Shown one piece after another: positions 1-13,203 of a DNA stretch of 64,000 bases (position 1 is the first letter of the stretch; every line of letters begins with the position of its first letter). Origin of the DNA: an uncultured Phycisphaerales bacterium (GTDB taxonomy: Bacteria > Planctomycetota > Phycisphaerae > Tepidisphaerales > Tepidisphaeraceae); contig CAVWFQ010000004.1 of NCBI GenBank assembly GCA_963754335.1, forward strand, positions 205,866-269,865, written 5' to 3'. The translations under genes and the position numbers were made by a program. The notes under the pieces are model-generated. The model did no database searches, had not been told where the DNA came from, and worked only from the letters and a program-made list of their open reading frames with translations.

Positions 1-645
1 CACCGAAATTCCGTCGAGCAGCAAGGTGCTGTCATTATTTGTCCCGCCTGTGGCAATATTCGCCAGCGTCAGCGCGCCCGAGCTCGAGGTGGGTGTAAAC
101 GGTACGTTGATGAACGTGTAATTCGCATTGCCCGCGGGAACGCTGGTTGCGCTGACGAGCGTCTGGCTGCCGTACTTCGCGTTCAGGGTTGCCGCGTCAT
201 AACTGGGCCGGGCATTCACGAAAACCTGAAACCAGTATTGCTGCCCGGCGGTCAGGCCGCTGATGGGCTGACTCAGCGTTCCCGTCGCATTTGTTGCATT
301 TTGAATAAAACCGACGTTGTTGTAATCGGGTATGTTGGTAGACCCCGCGAACGGACCTCCGCTGTTATTCACGCCAACCCGACTGTCATTGGAATCGGTC
401 CACCCAGTGATCGGCGTGACGGGCGAACTATCGGCGACATAGCCCGGATACGGGAAAGGGCCGTTGGATTCGAAACTGGAGTTCACTACATTGACGGAGT
501 CGGCCGAGTTGGCCGATGCGACTGAAGCAGCAATCGCCAACAGCAGGGTGCTCCCCGCTGCCGCCAGCGCTTGACCCCGAGATCGCGGCGCGACCGGTTT
601 GCCGCACAGGTTCCGATGAGCCGCAATACCTGTATGCTTTGCCAT
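1..645 (-). CDS. secreted hypothetical protein (5'-partial in window; N-terminal signal/anchor, Asn/Ser/Thr-rich beta-rich domain)
   Basis: Minus-strand ORF starts at ATG 645..643 preceded by a GGGAGA ribosome-binding site and runs off the window start. A hydrophobic signal segment LLLAIAASVASA is followed by an N/S/T/G-rich repetitive sequence typical of secreted planctomycetal proteins. No specific family recognised. Confidence 0.45.
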   Translation of the reverse strand, partial: MAKHTGIAAHRNLCGKPVAPRSRGQALAAAGSTLLLAIAASVASANSADSVNVVNSSFESNGPFPYPGYVADSSPVTPITGWTDSNDSRVGVNNSGGPFAGSTNIPDYNNVGFIQNATNATGTLSQPISGLTAGQQYWFQVFVNARPSYDAATLNAKYGSQTLVSATSVPAGNANYTFINVPFTPTSSSGALTLANIATGGTNNDSTLLLDGISV

Positions 646-943
646 GGAATCTCCCACGTTGATGGCCGGACATGCGCAGAAATGAAACGAACCGAAAGCT
701 TCAGGTGGATCGAGTCGATCTCGCTGACGCTACCTCAGGTTTATCGAATTTGAATATAACCCAATGACAATCCTCACGCAAGAGGATTTTTCGCGGGCAA
801 CACCTTTGTCGATCTGTAAAGTAGTAGCAATGTGTCCGATTATGTCCGATATGTCCGATTTGGCGGGACGGAAACACGCCAAATGCGGTTGTCGCGCTAC
901 CGGCGAATTCTCACGTTCTTGCCCGAATCAGGTAAAAATCCAC

Positions 944-1638
944 ATGCAGACAAACCGGCTCATTCCAAATCGATGGTGCGGACTTGCAGCGCTCCTTGTT
1001 CTTGTCCTCGGCGCGGCCCAACCACCGCGCCGGTTTCAGGTCCCTTTGCCGGCGAGATCAACGCCTTCCTGGAGGCCGATCAGAAGCAGATGCCGCCGGC
1101 GGGGGCGACACTCTTTGTCGGCAGTTCCAGCATCCGATTCTGGTCCACGCTGAAAGAGGATTTTCCGAAGCTGAAGGTGATCAACCGCGGCTTCGGCGGA
1201 TCACAGATCAGCGACAGCACTTATTGGGCGGATCGCATCGTCGTTCCGTATAAGCCGGCGCAGATTGTGTTTTATGCGGGGGACAATGACGTGGCCGGCG
1301 GGAAGAAGCCGGAGGAAATCTTCACGGAGTTCCAGGCGTTCGTCGCGAAGGTGCGGGCGGATTTGCCGGATACGCCGATCTACTTCATTTCCATCAAGCC
1401 GAGTCCGTCGCGGTGGAACAAAGTGGAGACAATGCGCGCGGCTAACGGGTTAATCGCCGACTGGATCAAGAGCCAATCCCATCTGACGTACGTCGACGTC
1501 TTTAACCCCATGCTTGGTTCGGACGGCAAGCCGAGACCCGAACTTTACCGCATCGACCGACTGCACATGACCCGCGCCGGGTATGAACTTTGGACGAAGA
1601 TCTTGACGCCGATGTTGACGGATGCGGGAGGGAAGTGA
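944..1638 (+). CDS. SGNH/GDSL-family hydrolase (sialate O-acetylesterase-like), probable frameshift near 1015-1035
   Basis: The 832..1638 frame shows SGNH hallmarks (FVGSSSIRFW, GFGGSQISD, YAGDNDV, DRLHMTRAGY). A convincing Sec signal peptide (MQTNRLIPNRWCGLAALLVLVLGAAQ, ATG 944) lies in the +1 frame just upstream, implying a 1-nt indel between signal peptide and mature domain. Confidence 0.6.
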
Positions 1639-1697
1639 CGAACTTTGGGGAAAAGCCCCGCCCTGCGGGCGGCCGCTACTAAAAGTGGGATGCTCGA

Positions 1698-3198
1698 TTA
1701 CGCGATGATTTCTCGTATCACCCGACCCGCAACATCCGTTAAGCGGAAATCGCGTCCGTTGAAGCGGTAGGTCAGCTTGGTGTGATCGATCCCGAGGAAA
1801 TAGAGGATCGTCGCGTGTAAATCGTTGACGCTGGCGCGATTTTCGGCGGCTTTGAATCCGACTTCGTCGCTGGCGCCGTAGCTGATGCCGCCCTTTGCGC
1901 CGCCGCCGGCCATCCACATCGTCAGGGCGTTGGGGTTGTGGTCGCGGCCGGGCTTGGCGCCTTTTTGTGAGACGGGGAGGCGGCCGAATTCGCCGCCCCA
2001 GATCACCAGCGTGTCTTCGAGCATCCCACGCTGTTCCAGGTCTGCCAGCAGGCCGGCCACGGGTTGATCGGTTTCACCGGCGAACTGGGAATGATTGCCG
2101 GCGATGTCGATGTGCCCGTCCCAGCTTCGTTCGTTTTCCATTCCGCCGGAATAGATCTGAACGAACCGCACGCCGCGCTCGACCATCCGGCGGGCCATCA
2201 GACATTGCCGCGCGACATGGCGCAGCTTTGGATCATTCATCCCGTAGAGCGACTTGATGTGTTCCGGCTCGTGATCGATATCGAGCGCCTCGGGAGCCGC
2301 GGTCTGCATGCGATAAGCCAGCTCGAAGCTCTCCACGCGCGCGGTCAGTTCCGCCTCCGCGGCGGCCCGGGCCTGATGTTCGCTGATTGATGGCGGCGAT
2401 CAGATCGAGCTGTGCCCGCTGCTGACTATTGCTGAGCGGGCGCGGGCGATCGAGATTGGCGATCGGCTCGCCGGTCGGCTGCAGATAGGTCCCCTGGAAG
2501 ACGCCGGGAAGAAATCCCGAGCTCCAGTTGCTCGCGTTGCCCTTGGGCAGGCCCCGGCCCTTTGGGTCGGACATCACTACAAACGCCGGCAGATCGCGAC
2601 TCGGCGAGCCGAGGCCGTAGGTCACCCACGAACCGACGCAGGGAAGTCCCATCCGCGGGAGGCCGCAGTTCATCATGAACAGGGCCGGGCTGTGGTTGTT
2701 GGATTGGGTGAAGGCCGAGTGGATGAAGGCCATCTTGTCGACGTGCTCGCCGAGATGCGGAAAGATGCTGGAGACCATCTTCCCGCATTGTCCGCGCGGC
2801 GTGAACTTGAAAGGGGACTTCATCAGCGGGCCGACCGCATTCTTGAAAAATCCGGTTTCCGGATCGAGCCCCTTCATTTCCTGTCCGTCGTATTTTTCCA
2901 GGGCAGGCTTGTATTCCCAGGTGTCGACGTGGCTTGGGCCGCCATTGACGAAGATCCAGATCACGCTCTTGGCGCGGGCCGGGAAGAGCGATGGGCGAGG
3001 GATCATCGGGTCGGAGGCGGCCACGCATGGCCGGCGGGCCAGGAGCCCTTCATCAGCCATGAGGGCGGCGAGGCCGAGCATCCCCATTCCGCCTCCGGCG
3101 CGGCGGAGCCAGTCTCGGCGGGTGAACAGTCGGTCAGCGTTTCCAAAATTCACGAGAATCTCCTCGGACTGGGGTGCATTTTCAGGTGGGACAGACAT
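1698..3198 (-). CDS. DUF1501 family protein (TAT-secreted, sulfatase-like fold), frameshifted near 2390
   Basis: N-terminal twin-arginine motif RRDWLRRAGGGMGMLGLAAL. Conserved DUF1501 blocks (HSAFTQSNNHSP, WGGEFGRLP, DHNPNALTMWMAGGG) are split across two ORFs (2233..3198 and 1698..2336). Retranslation shows a 1-nt shift around 2385-2395 (INQ|SEHQARAAAEAEL). Confidence 0.8.
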
Positions 3199-3360
3199 TC
3201 CTGTCTGTCACGCATCCGCGAGTGCGGGCGTATCCGCCCGCCGAGTGGATGCGCCGTTGTGTGGGCTGAGCGGGAGTGCGAGCTGGCTCGGGAGGCGAGT
3301 ACGCCTCCGCTCGTCAGGTCGCGACAGACAAGAATGTCTGTCCTCCCAGAATTCGCATTC

Positions 3361-6133
3361 CTATTCCACATAGACAAACTCATTGGCGCACAGCAACGCC
3401 TGGCAGAAGTCGCTCAGGGCCGCCTGGCGCGAATCGCCGCCGGACGGATTTTGATCTTTCTCGATGAAGGCGGTGGCCGTCGCGACCTCCTCCGGCGACG
3501 GTTTTCGACCGAGGGCAATGCCATACGCCTGATCGATCGCGCCAGGAATCGACGTAGCATTCAATCTGCGAGCGAACGCCTCGGCGTATTGCCGCGCCTG
3601 CGGACTATTAAGGAAAAGGAGCGCCTGAGGGGCGATGGTCGTGCTTGGCCGGACGCCGATGCTGTTCAGCGCTTCGGGCCAGTCGAGCACCATCAGCATC
3701 GGAACGAGCTGGCTGCGCTTGACCGTGAAATAAATACTCCGCCGGCGCATGTTCGGATCGAGCGTTCCCGGTCCGTACATGGTTGGATCGAGTACGCCGG
3801 CCACGGCGAGCAGCGAATCGCGAATGGGCTCCGCCTCGAGCCGGCGCGGCTGCCAGCGCCAGAGAAGAATGTTATGCGGATCGATCGATTCGCATTCGCG
3901 CCGATCCTGGCTCGATTCCATGTAAACGCTGCTCATCATCATGAGCTTGTGCAGACGTTTGAGCTTCCACCCATGTTCGATCAGATCGCTCGCGAGCCAG
4001 TCGAGCAGCTCGGGGTGAGTGGGCCGCTCCCCTTGCGCGCCAAAATCGTTAGGCGTGGCGACGATGCCGCGGCCGAAATGATGTTGCCACAGGCGATTGA
4101 CGATAACCCGGGCCAGCAGATTCCCGGCTCCGAATTGGTCATCGGTCATCCAGCTCGCCAGGGCGCGGCGACGATAACTGGTCCGCCATCCGGGTGGCGG
4201 AGCCGTTTGCCAATACGATTCGTCTTTCCCGCCGCGCATCAGGACGGCGGGGAACGATTCGCTGACCGGCTCGACTTTATTATTCGGATCGCCGCGTTTG
4301 AGGAGATAAACCTGCTTGTAGAAATGCGGATAGCCCCGATCGTCGGCGAAATTCTTGACCGGCGGCAATCCTTCGCTCGTGACCTGCACCTTGACCGTCC
4401 GCAGCGGGCGGCCGTGGCGCTTCCGCTTTCGCCAGTTCGTTTTGCAGGGCCTGATATTCCGGCAGCGAGTTAGCGTACCAGCGGCGCAGGGTTTGGGTCT
4501 GAGCGCCGTTGAGGTTCTCGCCGGAAGCGACTCGCGCGAGGAGGTCGGCAATGACCGGATCGGGACCCTCCCGCGCTCTGAAATCCTGAGTGTTGGGTTG
4601 CGTCGTAATCGCCAGCCTCGCCCGACCGAGAAGATGGCGCGGATTGGGATGATCGAAATGAAGGGTGATGGTCAGCAGCGTTCCAGTCGGAAAGCCAATC
4701 GGCCGCGCGAATTGAAAAATTGCCGCCTGATCCTTGCCGATCCCCCCGAAATCCACCGCCCACCCCGTGGTTGAATTTCCGTCAAACGATGAGGCGACCG
4801 ACAAAGCGCCTGTGTCCTGCTGATGCGTGGCGGTAGCCGAGGCGATCTTGACGGGAACCGCGGGACCCGCCCCGTCGGCGGGCGCGGCGCTGATCTCGAT
4901 CTCCGTCAGGGAAAAATTACCGTTATCCGCTGCTCCCGGCCCGTTGTGCGGGAGGGACTTGTCGGTCAGCGCCTGAAGGCGCAGCGCCGTGATCCCCCCG
5001 GCCGGCGTGCGCGATGTCAGTATGTACGCATCGCGGTCGGGCGTTGGGCCAACCTTCAGAAGAGAGTGATCGGGCTGGAGGACGAGTTGAGAGCCGTTGA
5101 TTGATTTAATGCTTTGAAAATCGAGCACGCTCCAGACGCCTTGCGCCAAATCGTGTTTCTGACGCAGGCCGGCGAGGAACCCGTCGAATCGACTCGGGAG
5201 CAGATTGCGATCAAATGCCTCGATTTTCGCCTGTACGGCGAGCTGCGCGCGTTCGGTTTCGCGCTTCCGTTGCTCCCGCTCGGCGGGAGTGGTCACGTCC
5301 ACGTCAATGTCGTTGCGGATCGCGGTCGCGAAGCCGGCGGCGAATCGGTAATAGTCCTTGCAGGAGATCGGGTCGAATTTGTGGTCGTGGCAGCGGGCGC
5401 AGCCGATTGTCAGCCCCAGCATCGAATTTCCGACGGTGCTGATCATGTCGTCGAGCTGGCTGTAACGCGTGAACTCGAATTCTTTTTCGGTGATCTGCGT
5501 CGGCAGCACGCCGGCGGTGAGCATGCCGGTGGCGGCCAGCGCCTGCCAGTTATCGGGAGCCAGCTCGTCGCCGGCCAGTTGCCATTGCACGAACTGATCG
5601 AACGGCATGTCGTCGTTGAGGGCGCGAATGACGAAGTCACGAAACTGGTAGGCGGCGGGTCGGTCGGAGTCGTGCTCGAAGCCGTCGGATTCGGCGAAGC
5701 GCGTGACATCGAGCCAGTGCCGGGCCCATCGCTCGCCGTAGCGCGGACTGTCGAGCAATCGATCGATCAATTTGCCCCAGGCGTCAGGCGATGCATCGTT
5801 GACGAACGCCGCCGTTTCTTCCGGTGTCGGAGGAAGGCCGGTCAAATCAAAAGAGGCGCGGCGAATGAGCTTTTCGCGCTCGGCCACCGGCGCGAGCGCG
5901 AGCCCTTTTTCCTCGAGCTTTGCCTGAACGAAACGGTCGATCGGCGTTCGTCCCCATGCGGCGTCCTTCACGTCCGGGGGAGCCGGATGCGAAAGCGGCG
6001 CAAGCGACCAGAACTTCCGCGCTTCATCCAGATTGACCGGACGAACCGGGGGTGTCGGAGCTGACGAGGAAGGCCGCACCAGCAGGGCGGTCAGTGCCAG
6101 CACGGCCACGAAAAAAAGCAAAGGTCGGCGCAT
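3361..6133 (-). CDS. DUF1549/DUF1553 (PSD1/PSCyt-type) planctomycetal protein, frameshifted near 4400-4500
   Basis: Signal peptide MRRPLLFFVAVLALTALLV. A DUF1549 block (RLLDSPRYGERWARHWLDVTRFAESDGFEHDSDRP, CARCHDHKFDPIS) and a C-terminal DUF1553 block are split between ORFs 4280..6346 and 3361..4551. Classic partner of the adjacent DUF1501 gene. Confidence 0.8.
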
Positions 6134-6352
6134 GTGTTCCACAGTCAGAAATACTACCAGACTTATTAGTGCCCAAATCAGGCAATGTTCGCCGGAGGAA
6201 TGGATGAAACGGCAGGGATGAACGATAAACTGAAGAAAGAAGCCAAAAAATCCCCTCCATTCATGAACCGCAGACCCGTCTGAACACGTCGGCCGTTTCG
6301 CGGGCACAGCGCGTCCACGAAAATTCCTGCGTGCGATTGATCCCACGCTGAA

Positions 6353-7402
6353 TCAGATCCTGGCGGAGCCCGGAACCGTCGCAGATTGCGCCATCGCCGT
6401 GATATATGCCGGTGGCGTCATCTCGGCGTAAAGGGCTGCTTCCCCGGCGACCTCCGGGAGGCTGGCAACGCGCGAACAAATCACCGGACAGCCCATGGCC
6501 ATCGACTCGAGCAGGGGAAGTCCAAATCCTTCGTATTTGCTGGGAAACAGCAGTCCGATGGCCCGGCGATACAAATGCAACAAAACGCCGTCTTCCACAC
6601 GACCCAGGTAGTGCCAGTCGCGAGGTGCGCGGCCTTCTCGCGCGACCCCTTCCCAGCGAGCGCCAACAATCAGAAGTGGCGGCAGGGAAACGCCCTGATC
6701 GTGCGCCTGCAGATACGCCTCGCGCAACAGGGCGAGATTTTTCCCCGGCTCCAGCGACCCCACAAACAGGAAAAACTCTCCTGGCACATCGAACGGGGGG
6801 GTCATCTCCGTTGCGACCGCGTCAAGCCGATCAAAGCCATTGTAAACAACTTCAATTTGATCCGCCCGAAGACCAATCAGGTTCATCGCTTCGTCAGCCG
6901 TGAACTGACTGATGCAAATGACTCGATCGACGTGATGCAGCTTTGCGTAGCGCCGACGGCCGGCATTACGCTGCCACGCCCGGAATCGCTCAGGATGCCG
7001 CAGAAATGCCAGGTCATGTAACGTGACAACATGGCGCACCCCTTTTGGTGGACGCATGAAATATCCGCTGGTGGCGTGCAATAAGGCGGCCTGGCGACGA
7101 CGAAGAATGTTTGGGGCAACCATCTTCGACCATGCTTCCCGGTACGCTGTCTTGAGCGCACGCCAGGGCTGGCGGTACTCCAGGTTCTCAACCGGCCACG
7201 CCAGGGGGAAGAGGTCAAATTCGAGCGGTTGCAACGATTCAAAGCCACGAAGTAAACCGCGAATATAGCGGTTGACGCCTGCGCGGGTCGTGTATAACCC
7301 GTTGGTATCGAGCGCCACCCGTCGACGATTCGGATCCAATGCGGTTTCGGCACTACGAGAGCCAATGGGCGCCAGCGGTTTCATAGCGTTGTTCTCATTC
7401 AC
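6353..7402 (-). CDS. glycosyltransferase family 1 (GT4-like)
   Basis: C-terminal GT1 motif [30 protein letters not shown]; length 349 aa. Confidence 0.8.
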   Translation of the reverse strand: MNENNAMKPLAPIGSRSAETALDPNRRRVALDTNGLYTTRAGVNRYIRGLLRGFESLQPLEFDLFPLAWPVENLEYRQPWRALKTAYREAWSKMVAPNILRRRQAALLHATSGYFMRPPKGVRHVVTLHDLAFLRHPERFRAWQRNAGRRRYAKLHHVDRVICISQFTADEAMNLIGLRADQIEVVYNGFDRLDAVATEMTPPFDVPGEFFLFVGSLEPGKNLALLREAYLQAHDQGVSLPPLLIVGARWEGVAREGRAPRDWHYLGRVEDGVLLHLYRRAIGLLFPSKYEGFGLPLLESMAMGCPVICSRVASLPEVAGEAALYAEMTPPAYITAMAQSATVPGSARI

Positions 7403-7570
7403 TCTTTAACGATACACTCCGCACGTGGAATTGAAAAATCGGATATCTGACGATACGGAATTCGCTTGCGGCAACTGCCGATGCTCGCGATGGAAGATGT
7501 TATAGTGATTCGAAGTTCGGCGGCACACGGTCCTTATTCGCCTGCACCAAAAGGTGTATTGTACTTTTAA

Positions 7571-8407
7571 ATGCCCATGTCGCACGGTACGGAACCAGTT
7601 GAATCCCCGCGGCCTCTGAAACTTTCGATTGTTATCCCTGTCTACAACGAGCAAGAGACGATCCATCTCCTGGTGAAAAGGGTCGTTGAAGTGACCCTGC
7701 CTCCCAACATCGTTCGGGAAATCATCTGCATAAACGACGGCTCGAGGGATGGGACGGCGGCAAGTCTTGATCGGCTTCCGAGCCTTTTTGAAGGACAGGA
7801 TTTCCAGATTGTTCAGAAGCCCGTGAACGAAGGTAAAGGAGCCGCCCTGCGTGATGGCTTCAAACGCGCTTCCGGCGATCTGGTGCTCGTCCAGGATGCC
7901 GACCTCGAATATGATCCGGCGGATTACCCCAAGCTTCTTGCGCCCTTGCTCCAGGGGAAAGCCGATGTCGTGTTCGGAAGCCGGTTCATTGGTGAGCCGC
8001 ATCGTGTCCTCTATTTTTGGCACACCGTGGGCAATAAATTCCTGACCGCGCTGAGCAATGCCTTCAGCAATCTGAATCTGACGGACATGGAAGTCTGCTA
8101 TAAGGTCTTTCGCAAAGAGGTCCTGGACCAAATCGAGTTGAAATGCAATCGCTTCGGCTTCGAGCCGGAGATTACCGCAAAGGTTGCCAAACTTCGACCG
8201 CGCGTTCGGATTTATGAAGTCGGCGTTGCATACCACGGCCGCAGTTACGAGGAGGGGAAAAAGATCACGTGGAAGGACGGGTTCAAAGCCATATTCGCAA
8301 TTGTACGATTCGGACTCGGCCGCCCCCAACAGGTCTCCCAGGCGGCGCGCAATTCGGCGGCCGGTCTCTCCAGGCAAGGTGCAGGGTTGCCCGTACTTCC
8401 CAAGTGA
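7571..8407 (+). CDS. glycosyltransferase family 2 (dolichyl-phosphate mannosyltransferase-like)
   Basis: LSIVIPVYNEQETI, INDGSRDGT and VQDADLEYDP (DxD) motifs; divergent from the GT1 gene. Confidence 0.8.
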   Translation: MPMSHGTEPVESPRPLKLSIVIPVYNEQETIHLLVKRVVEVTLPPNIVREIICINDGSRDGTAASLDRLPSLFEGQDFQIVQKPVNEGKGAALRDGFKRASGDLVLVQDADLEYDPADYPKLLAPLLQGKADVVFGSRFIGEPHRVLYFWHTVGNKFLTALSNAFSNLNLTDMEVCYKVFRKEVLDQIELKCNRFGFEPEITAKVAKLRPRVRIYEVGVAYHGRSYEEGKKITWKDGFKAIFAIVRFGLGRPQQVSQAARNSAAGLSRQGAGLPVLPK

Positions 8408-8466
8408 CGCCGCGAAAATCCGACAAGTTGCGAACCTACCTTCGAAAAGGTTCACAGGTCGAAGCC

Positions 8467-9063
8467 ATGGAAAGGGATATGGCAGCAATTATCGATTATT
8501 CCCTTGTCCTCCCGCGCATGCAGTCCCAGGGTTTGCAATGCCTATATCACAACAGCGGAGCATTTGGATTTGCGCCGGAGACCAGGACCTGCGCCTGCGG
8601 CTGGATCGGACCGGCCGATCCCACGGTGCGTTCTGAGGCTCTCCATCTTCTTCGATCGGTGCCTCCACCCTATGAAGTGAATCTCACACGTTTGCTGCTG
8701 GAACTGTGGCGCGATCAATTCGGCGGGCCACTCTGGGTGATGCCCAGGAGCCATTGGTCGTACGAGCTGCAATTTGGCAGTCGCGAATGGATGCCGGATC
8801 TCCTCACGCAGCTTGGCGTGGATCCGGCGCTCCTCGTTGATCGCAATAACGCGGCTGCACTTGAGTTTACCGAAGCCGAGCGCTCCCAGGGGAAGCACAT
8901 GGTAAACCGACTCCTGGAGATGCTTCGCGGCAGCGACTTCTCGCTGATATTTCCGGGTTATTCCGTCCTGTGCACGCTGCATCACCACAAACAATTATGG
9001 TGGGTAACGACGGACTCGAAGCTGGCCGCGCAACTCGAAGCCATGCCTGGTTCTCTGCGCTAG
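8467..9063 (+). CDS. hypothetical protein
   Basis: 199-aa ORF starting at ATG 8467 (MERDMAAIIDYS...); no recognisable family. Coding-like composition. Confidence 0.4.
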   Translation: MERDMAAIIDYSLVLPRMQSQGLQCLYHNSGAFGFAPETRTCACGWIGPADPTVRSEALHLLRSVPPPYEVNLTRLLLELWRDQFGGPLWVMPRSHWSYELQFGSREWMPDLLTQLGVDPALLVDRNNAAALEFTEAERSQGKHMVNRLLEMLRGSDFSLIFPGYSVLCTLHHHKQLWWVTTDSKLAAQLEAMPGSLR

Positions 9064-9065
9064 CG

Positions 9066-10352
9066 TCAGGATGGGTTCGCGCCGAGCAACGCGCTCAGGG
9101 GCCGCCTGGGATCCTTGATCGCTTCTTCGTTTCCATCGATTTTCATGCGGCAACGGACCAGTTCCCGAAGCAGATCGTCTTCTCCGCGGTGTCCCACGGC
9201 AAGTACCTGTGCGATTCGCCCATCCGTCGCCACGCCGATCTCGACAAAGTCCGGCGCGCCCACGTCCGGGGTTCCGCGCAGTAGTCGTCGGTCAACCAGC
9301 CGCGCTTCGCCCCAGCCGGAGGCGGAGAGATCAAAGAGGTCGGTGAAGAAGGAATTGACGAAGGCATACGGTTCGACGACGCCGGCCATATTTCGTCCGG
9401 CCAATGTGCCGGTGACCTGAGCGTTATCCCAATGATCCACAATGCGATGTTTGCCAAAAAGGGGATCGAAGATCGCCGCGCAGTCTCCGGCGGCAAAGAT
9501 GCCCGGGACATTCGTCTGGCAATGCGCGTCGGTGAGAACAGCCTTTTCGGCGGCGATCGGTGTGTTGCGCAGCAGATCCCGGTTGACAGTCATGCCTGCC
9601 GCAACGACGACAAAATCTGTTTCGAAGCGGCTCCCGTCGGCGCCAAGTATCCATTGCACGCGTCCATCGCCATCCAGCGATCTGGGAGCGGTCAGCGGAT
9701 GCAATTCCACTCCATGCCGCTGGAGATAGAGCGAAAGGAATGAACCGCAGGCGGTCCCGGCAATTTTGCTCCAGGGATGGGAATGTTTCAGAAACAGGTC
9801 GACTCCCATCCCCATCTGCGTCAGGGAAGCGGCCAATTCCACGCCGAGCACGCCACCTCCGATGACCGCCGCCCGTCCCCTGCCTTTGGCGTGAGGCCGG
9901 CCTTCGGCGGCAGCCTTATCAATCGCCTTTTGAAGCCGGTCCACGTCGGCCAGGGACCGAAGATAATGGACGTTGGGAAGGTTGGCGCCGGGAATATCGA
10001 GTTTCAGCGGACTACCCCCGGTGGCGAGCAGCAGACGATCGAAGGAAATATCCTGCCCGTTATCAAGCGTGACGGACATCCGTGAGGTGTCCAGCCGGGC
10101 CGCGCGGCATCCCGTCCGGAGCGTCACCCGGTGCGATTCATACCATTCCGAAGGGAGCGTGAACAACGCCTCGCGTGGCAACTCCCGGCGTAGAAATTCC
10201 TTGCTCAAAGGGGGTCGGTGATATGGCCGGCTGATTTCCTGGGCAATCAGGACGCAACTTCCTTCACCGTCGATTTCGCGAATGGCCTGGGCGGCGGCAC
10301 TGCTGGCGAGCCCGCCGCCGATCAGGAGATATTTCACGTGAGGAGTGCTCAT
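9066..10352 (-). CDS. FAD-dependent pyridine nucleotide-disulfide oxidoreductase (AIF/ferredoxin-reductase-like)
   Basis: N-terminal Rossmann motif VKYLLIGGGLASSAAA, a second NAD(P) motif AAVIGGGVLGVELA and FAAGDCA near the C-terminal FAD site. Confidence 0.75.
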   Translation of the reverse strand: MSTPHVKYLLIGGGLASSAAAQAIREIDGEGSCVLIAQEISRPYHRPPLSKEFLRRELPREALFTLPSEWYESHRVTLRTGCRAARLDTSRMSVTLDNGQDISFDRLLLATGGSPLKLDIPGANLPNVHYLRSLADVDRLQKAIDKAAAEGRPHAKGRGRAAVIGGGVLGVELAASLTQMGMGVDLFLKHSHPWSKIAGTACGSFLSLYLQRHGVELHPLTAPRSLDGDGRVQWILGADGSRFETDFVVVAAGMTVNRDLLRNTPIAAEKAVLTDAHCQTNVPGIFAAGDCAAIFDPLFGKHRIVDHWDNAQVTGTLAGRNMAGVVEPYAFVNSFFTDLFDLSASGWGEARLVDRRLLRGTPDVGAPDFVEIGVATDGRIAQVLAVGHRGEDDLLRELVRCRMKIDGNEEAIKDPRRPLSALLGANPS

Positions 10353-10581
10353 GGTTACAGCATTTCCTTTTTGCTCATGCGTTACCGCGACAATGAGCCT
10401 GGAAGGGGAAGCCTGACTTCCTCCCATGTATTCTATCGTCCCATAACCCCCGGAGTTCGGCAGAGATTTTCCGCTTCTGACGATGAATTAACCCATGAAC
10501 CGATGAACCCCTCAGAACCGGCGGAGGGCTAAGGTCTTGACAAACGGATGAACCCATTCAACAATTCATCCGGATGAAACG

Positions 10582-11547
10582 ATGAAGGCTCTTGCCGACC
10601 AGCCCACAGCACTGCTGGGCTGGATGGAAAACTTGGCCGATCCGACGCGATTGCGCCTGCTCCGGCTGCTGGAACGCGAGGAGCTGGGTGTCGCCGAATT
10701 GTGCGATGTGCTCCAGTTGCCGCAGTCGACCGTCAGCCGCCATCTCAAGGTCCTCGCCGACAGCCAATGGATCCGGAGTCGGCGGCAGGGCACTACCCGG
10801 CTTTACCGGGCCGTGATCGGCGAAATCAACGGGACGGCGAGCCAGCTCTGGTCGCTCACTCGAAAGCAAAGCGATTCCTGGGCCACCGCCCGACAGGATG
10901 GACTTCGGTTGGAGCGACTTCTGCGCGAGCGGCACTCGGGCAGTCAGGCTTTTTTTGCCGGCGCCGCAGCCCAGTGGGATCGCCTTCGCGACGAACTGTA
11001 CGGGTCGCGGTTTACATTGCACGCTCTGCTGGCCCTGCTTCCGCGCGAATGGGTCGTTGCCGACCTCGGATGCGGAACCGGCGAGCTGGCGGCGGAACTG
11101 GCTCCGAACGTGGCGCGAGTCGTCGGAGTCGATAATTCGACCGATATGCTTCGCGCCGCCCGCCGACGCGTTGGCGAATTCGAAAACGTCGAGCTCCGCC
11201 GCGGCGACCTGGAGTCGCTTCCGCTGGAAGCCGCGGAATGCGACGCGGCACTGCTCCTGCTGGCGCTCAGTTACGTCTTGCAGCCCGCGGTCGTATTGGC
11301 GGAAGCGGCGCGGATTTTGAAATTCGGCGGGCGCATCGTTGTTGTCGATCTGCTACCGCACGACCGGGATGATTTTCGACGGCAGATGGGCCAGCAGTCG
11401 CGCGGATTCGGGATCGACGAAGTGGAGCAACTGTTGAGCAATGCCGGTTTCAGCCAGACGCGCTCGCGGCACCTGCCGTCGCAGGCGGGCCTGAAGGGCC
11501 CCGCCCTTTTTGTAGCGTCAGCGATTCGAGCGGCCGACAAAAACTAA
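10582..11547 (+). CDS. ArsR-family HTH regulator fused to class I SAM-dependent methyltransferase
   Basis: N-terminal ArsR/SmtB HTH ([41 protein letters not shown]). C-terminal MTase motif I ([17 protein letters not shown]) and post-I acidic VGVDNS. Sits immediately upstream of ahcY. Confidence 0.8.
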   Translation: MKALADQPTALLGWMENLADPTRLRLLRLLEREELGVAELCDVLQLPQSTVSRHLKVLADSQWIRSRRQGTTRLYRAVIGEINGTASQLWSLTRKQSDSWATARQDGLRLERLLRERHSGSQAFFAGAAAQWDRLRDELYGSRFTLHALLALLPREWVVADLGCGTGELAAELAPNVARVVGVDNSTDMLRAARRRVGEFENVELRRGDLESLPLEAAECDAALLLLALSYVLQPAVVLAEAARILKFGGRIVVVDLLPHDRDDFRRQMGQQSRGFGIDEVEQLLSNAGFSQTRSRHLPSQAGLKGPALFVASAIRAADKN

Positions 11548-11609
11548 CATTTTTCCGCCCGAGGCGGGTTGCCTTAACGCGGCATGCGAACGAAATTTTA
11601 CAGGAGCAA

Positions 11610-13104
<1,495 letters not shown>

Positions 13105-13131
13105 TCTCGAGCGGTGAGGATCGATTTCACG

Positions 13132-13172
13132 CACAGCGGAGTGGTCCGCACTTGTGACCACTCCGCTTTGCT
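13132..13172. terminator. bidirectional intrinsic terminator candidate between convergent ahcY and acnA
   Basis: Perfect 11-bp stem gcggagtggtc/gaccactccgc with a 9-nt loop, followed by ttgctttcg on the + side. Lies in the 100-bp gap between the two convergent stops. Confidence 0.45.
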
Positions 13173-13203
13173 TTCGGGTAGCTGACGAGGAATGTGTTGG
13201 ACG

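Noticed and set aside
2692-4473. 593-aa ORF on the + strand
   Set aside because: It is antisense to the well-supported DUF1501 and DUF1553 genes. Its composition is Arg/Ala/Gly-rich, typical of a shadow ORF in high-GC DNA, and no family features are present.
5114-6064. 316-aa + strand ORF
   Set aside because: Antisense shadow of the DUF1553 gene; low-complexity R/G/A-rich translation.
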